Below, one piece after another: positions 59,984 through 64,000 of a DNA stretch of 64,000 nucleotides (position 1 is its first letter; each line of letters opens with the position of its first letter). The position numbers were made by a program, and so were the translations under genes. The DNA is from Ascidiella aspersa (lineage: Eukaryota), in NCBI GenBank assembly GCA_963924565.1, contig OZ004610.1, positions 6,448,001 through 6,512,000 on the forward strand, given 5' to 3'. The notes beneath the pieces are model-generated. The model searched no databases and was not told the DNA's origin. It was given only the letters and a program-made list of their open reading frames with translations.

Positions 59984-62900
59984 ATGGATGTAAAAACCCT
60001 GCAACCGAGACTCTACCACTCCAACTCTACGATTTACTCACACGACCTTACTCGACGAATCACAGCCCAACACTCGGCCGTATCGCCTTTTGCGATCACC
60101 AACTGCTATGCAGCTAAAATTAAGCTGACCGAGCGGCCAGCCTTGGCGCGCAACATGCCCATTAGAACCAAGCTTTCCCAGCCTCTAATGGTAAACGTGT
60201 CGCCGGTGCAGTTCGTCTTACCTAATAAGGATAAACGCGCGAACGGCAAGATCAAGTTCTACGCCTCCAAGTCGATCTGCGACTTGCCCAACAGCAAGAA
60301 GCTGGCTCAAAACCGGACAGATGCTCAGCATGCAAAAAAACAAGCCGACGGCGCGCCGAGCAAAACCTCACCGAAAAGCAGCAACTTACATGTACTAGAA
60401 GGTCTGCCCAAACCGGTCGAAATCACTCAGAAGCCCGAAGCTAAGCGCCGCCCCAAGTCCAACAGGCGACGAAAGAAAAGTAGGTCGTCGCGAAGTAGCC
60501 GTCGCGGTAGAAATCGAGCCGAAGTGCCGCTGCTGCCCATCAAGAAGGACTTGAGCTCTTGCTTTCCGCTTTATTCGGACAACGCCAATCGCCAAACCGC
60601 GCCAAAGGCGGTTGCGTCCAGCTCTTCACCACGCAGTTCGGAACACTACGACCAGGCCAAGTTGCCGCTGTGTAGATCAGCGTGCGAGCCTCGGCACAGT
60701 GGCAGTGGCACCGTACATAATTTTGGCGCGACCCGCAAACGAAACCAGCCTCTCTATCACAGTCTTCAGGTTGGTAACAGGCGATAAGTGAATAAAGCGA
60801 ACGCTCAATTGCTATATGCGTTAAAACTTCACTGACAAATATAAAGTGATTGTTGGTAATTTGAGAGTGGCTGTTTAAAAGTGAGAGTAAGCTCAACGGT
60901 TAAGTCGGTTAAAACGTTTGGTTTTAAAATGAAGTCACTTCCAACAAAGCAGAAAACAACTGTTTAATCATGATACTTAGGTTCACCCTGTAAATCAGTG
61001 GCTATATTTATACAAATATTAAATCGGGTAAGAAACTGTTATACAAAAGTCTTGTGTGTTGCCTAACTGGGTTGCACAAAGCAGTGCTTCTTTAACCGAC
61101 TTGTTTCAATTCAGGTGTTAATATTCAAGTTGACAGGTACGTTTTGATCTTGTACGTTGTTAGGGTATAAAAAGGAGTTTAAGCCATAAGAATCCATGTA
61201 CGAAGTTTTTATCGTGGGAAAAAATTAACTATTTATATATATCATTTATAAACAAATTCGTGTGGTATTATAGATTATTCTGTTTTAGATAGTTTTGTTT
61301 TGTAAGTCATGTTGTGTGTTCCCGACACTTCATGTACAAAGTTTTTATTGTAAGAAAAAATAACTATATCATTTTTGAACAAATTCTATCAGTTTATAAT
61401 TTCCTAATAAATTTAAATGAAACTTACAAACGTGTTTGCGATGTTCCCAGGTCTTGTCTACCAACACCGCCATGCCACCGTCGATCGAAGGCAGCAAGAG
61501 TTGCGAATGGCGTACGACCGACCGCGGGGACAGCGTACCCGGGGGCGGGTGGGCCAACGAGCAGCATGTCACAGAGCAAGACAACCACGGCATCAGCCTT
61601 CAGCCGCGCCCACCGAGGTCCCAGGACTCGGACAACAGCGGCAGCGGAGGCGGTAAAAAAATGGCGAAACCGACCGCCCGAAAAATGGTGCTCGCAAATC
61701 CAGGTACGTGCAGTTTTTGCCTCTTTGTGTATATCGTTGTTGGAATTCACCTTCGTCTCTCTGAATGAGACATTGCCGCCGAATAACGGTTTCCGAGTAC
61801 GATTTATATTAGGGAGGTAGAACGTAAAGTCCAATCCATTGAAGTACTAAAAAACATATTTTTATTTTTTACCTTGCTTGGGCTTGTTGATTTACACTTT
61901 ACCAATTAGCGAGTTTCAAAATTAAATATATTATCAAGCATACGAAGCCACACGTATGGCATACATATGAAGATACATTGTAATCTAGACTTTAGCAATA
62001 AGTTGTCTTACTGTATCGACTGATGTAGCACAAAAGCAATATTATTTTAAGGTGAAATAATTTAAACTATATGTGCGTTGACGGACCCTAATTGTATTTT
62101 GCTCTTTGTTGAATATACCTGTCATACGTTAAGAGTTTTTATCAAAACATTAAATCGATCTTTGCTGATCCGTGTGCTTTGTGACTCAGATCAGAAACAC
62201 GCGAATACAACAAAAAGCCTGGAAATGGTAAGTTGTTCTTTTAATTATAACATTGTGAAATAGTTTAACCATCTTCATGTAATAAGGCTTGACGTTTTAT
62301 TGAATCCGAACATGTTTAAATCGATGTTTTTCAACTCATAGGTGTCCACCCTAAAGTGAGTTGCCGTTTAATTGGTTAAGTCCGCCGTCTGCAGTATTTC
62401 GCATGGGAAAATATAAATTGAGATTGATTCTAAAAAAGAAAGCTTCAATGCCACATTGCGGATGCAATGTAACGCCACGGATCATATTAATTAAATTCAA
62501 ACCTATGTATGCTGATTTAATATGCTTGTTCCCTTACAAAACGTTCAGTGAAGAGAATTGGTTTCCAAAGCTTCGCTGTTAAACACCCTTAGCATTTGTG
62601 TCTCAGCATATAAAGGTTGAGAAACACTGTTTTTTTTTGTTTTTTGTTACTAGTTTAATGTTTTTGCAAGCGAACAAAGTTTTACTAGTTTAACTTGACT
62701 ATCCGTTAACTTGCTGAGTCAGTGGCCTAACAACTTAAACTTTCCTGGGGTTGTTTTTGAATAATTGTCTCAAATTTACAAAAAAACAAAAACAAAAAAA
62801 AAACAGACTAAAGCATGAAGAAAATATTTTTTAAACAGATTTACGCGGAAAATAGCCTTTCGGGTCGCCTGAGCCTGATCCATCACTATGGCACTGATTA

Positions 62901-63021
62901 CCACGTGGTGGCGCAGCGTGCAGCCGAGCAGAAGAAGAAGATGTTGGCGCAGCAGCAGACCAGGACGCGAGAGGTCCTCCGGGAGGCGGAGGACAAACAG
63001 AAGAGGGAGCAGAGGAAGAAG
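59984..63021 (+). CDS. Uncharacterised protein (basic low-complexity N-terminus followed by a coiled coil), 5' part; continues beyond the window
   Basis: Phase-consistent chain 59984-60769, 61451-61703, 62190-62227, 62839-63021 with GT-AG sites and GC-rich codons. Basic cluster KRRPKSNRRRKKSRSSRSSRRGR and coiled coil AAEQKKKMLAQQQTRTREVLREAEDKQKREQRKK. The start codon is uncertain. Confidence 0.65.
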
Positions 63022-63072
63022 GTAAGTAAAGAGGATTGTAGCGTACTAATGGTTGTAGGTTGGAGTAAGACG

Positions 63073-63174
63073 CAGTGTTGTAATGACTGAAGAAGTCAAA
63101 GTCACTGTTTTCAAATGACTTGACTTGAGTCATTTGAAATAAATATGACTCGAATTGACTCTTGACTTGACTTA

Positions 63175-63212
<38 letters not shown>

Positions 63213-63491
63213 GAGTTATATATCCTACTTTTTGCACACTAAAAAATTTGCTTGCACTCTATTTCATTTTTGGTATTTTTTAGTTAAGGTATTGTTCATA
63301 ATCGGACGAGGTAACCCAAATTTAATAGGTTAACGTGTAATTTGTATTATAAGGACGATTGGAATTGACTTGCTTTAATTATGACTTGTTGTTTCTTCAA
63401 AAAGACATGACTTGGGCTTATAACTTAAGTTATTTTACAAAAGATTTCACTTATACTTAAGTCATTTTAAAATGACTTATTTACAACATGG
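63073..63491. mobile_element. hAT-type MITE family B with an internal poly(T) run
   Basis: CAGTGTTGTAATGAC...TTTACAACATGG; perfect TSD gtaagacg (63065-63072 / 63492-63499). Confidence 0.88.
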
Positions 63492-63911
63492 GTAAGACGT
63501 AGTAAGAATATAAAATCCCGTACTGAAGTAGGTATCATTTTGAACGTTTAACATATCTCTTTATGGTGAAAACGAATAAAGAGATAGTCGAAATGTTTAA
63601 AATCCTACCTCATGAGCTTTTATATTCTTGCAGCTATATTGTAATTGTTATTTTAAAATGCTATATATTAGCGTAAGCTGCTTGTTATATTTAAGTAGAA
63701 TTGTTCAAAGTACTAAATTACCCAAGTTTGAATAGCTGTTGTCTATAACATTTATTAGAAAAAGAACGCCCCAGAACCAAATAATTCGTGGCCGGGGTAT
63801 ATTTGTTTGTTACTCAGCAAAATATTTGTTAGCGAGTATGAAATGAGTCCATTTAAAATTTACAAAGATGCAACAAGTCACAAAATGCAAACACTTTAAA
63901 TTTAAGTATAC

Positions 63912-64000
63912 CAAGGGTTCTTAAATTGGGGTCCATGGACCCCTTGGGGGTCCGTAAATTAGTTTTAGGGGGTCAATGAAGGCTTAATTGAAATAATAGT
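63912..64000. mobile_element. hAT-type MITE family A, left end (cut by the window edge)
   Basis: CAAGGGTTCTTAAATTGGGGTCCATGGACCCC matches the copies at 2539 and 34911. Confidence 0.85.

Noticed and set aside
61314-61834. Overlapping ORFs in several frames as a dual-coding locus
   Set aside because: This is expected for a GC-rich exon. The VLSTNTAM frame is the one in phase with the flanking exons; no support for the others without RNA data.

Overview
AT-rich, intron-rich eukaryotic (animal) genomic DNA. It is most plausibly an ascidian/tunicate; this is an inference from the LRR-less LDLa-GPCRs and the mosaic CpG pattern. Spliced genes reconstructed by hand with GT-AG boundaries and consistent phases are: the 3' part of CENP-I (+, <1-6758); two intact tandem 15-exon paralogous GPCRs with a signal peptide, about 10 LDL-receptor class A-like modules, no leucine-rich repeats and an RXFP/GRL101-type 7TM (+, 11287-23196 and 26279-35789); EMC3 (+, 36733-43769); an intronless ATP9-type P4-ATPase (+, 48832-52074); HOGA1 (-, 57416-54577); and the 5' part of an unidentified basic/coiled-coil protein gene (+, 59984->63021). 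Introns and intergenic DNA are packed with non-autonomous TIR elements (mostly hAT-type with 8-bp TSDs), often nested, plus decayed LINE and transposase remnants, a tRNA-like unit and a broken Penelope-type hammerhead motif. The most notable observations are patchy exon-restricted homogenisation between the GPCR paralogues, a large ECL2 insertion in them, the intronless ATP9 with an internal CpG/GC switch, and a TTAGGG-like module that sits at the centre of nested palindromes.
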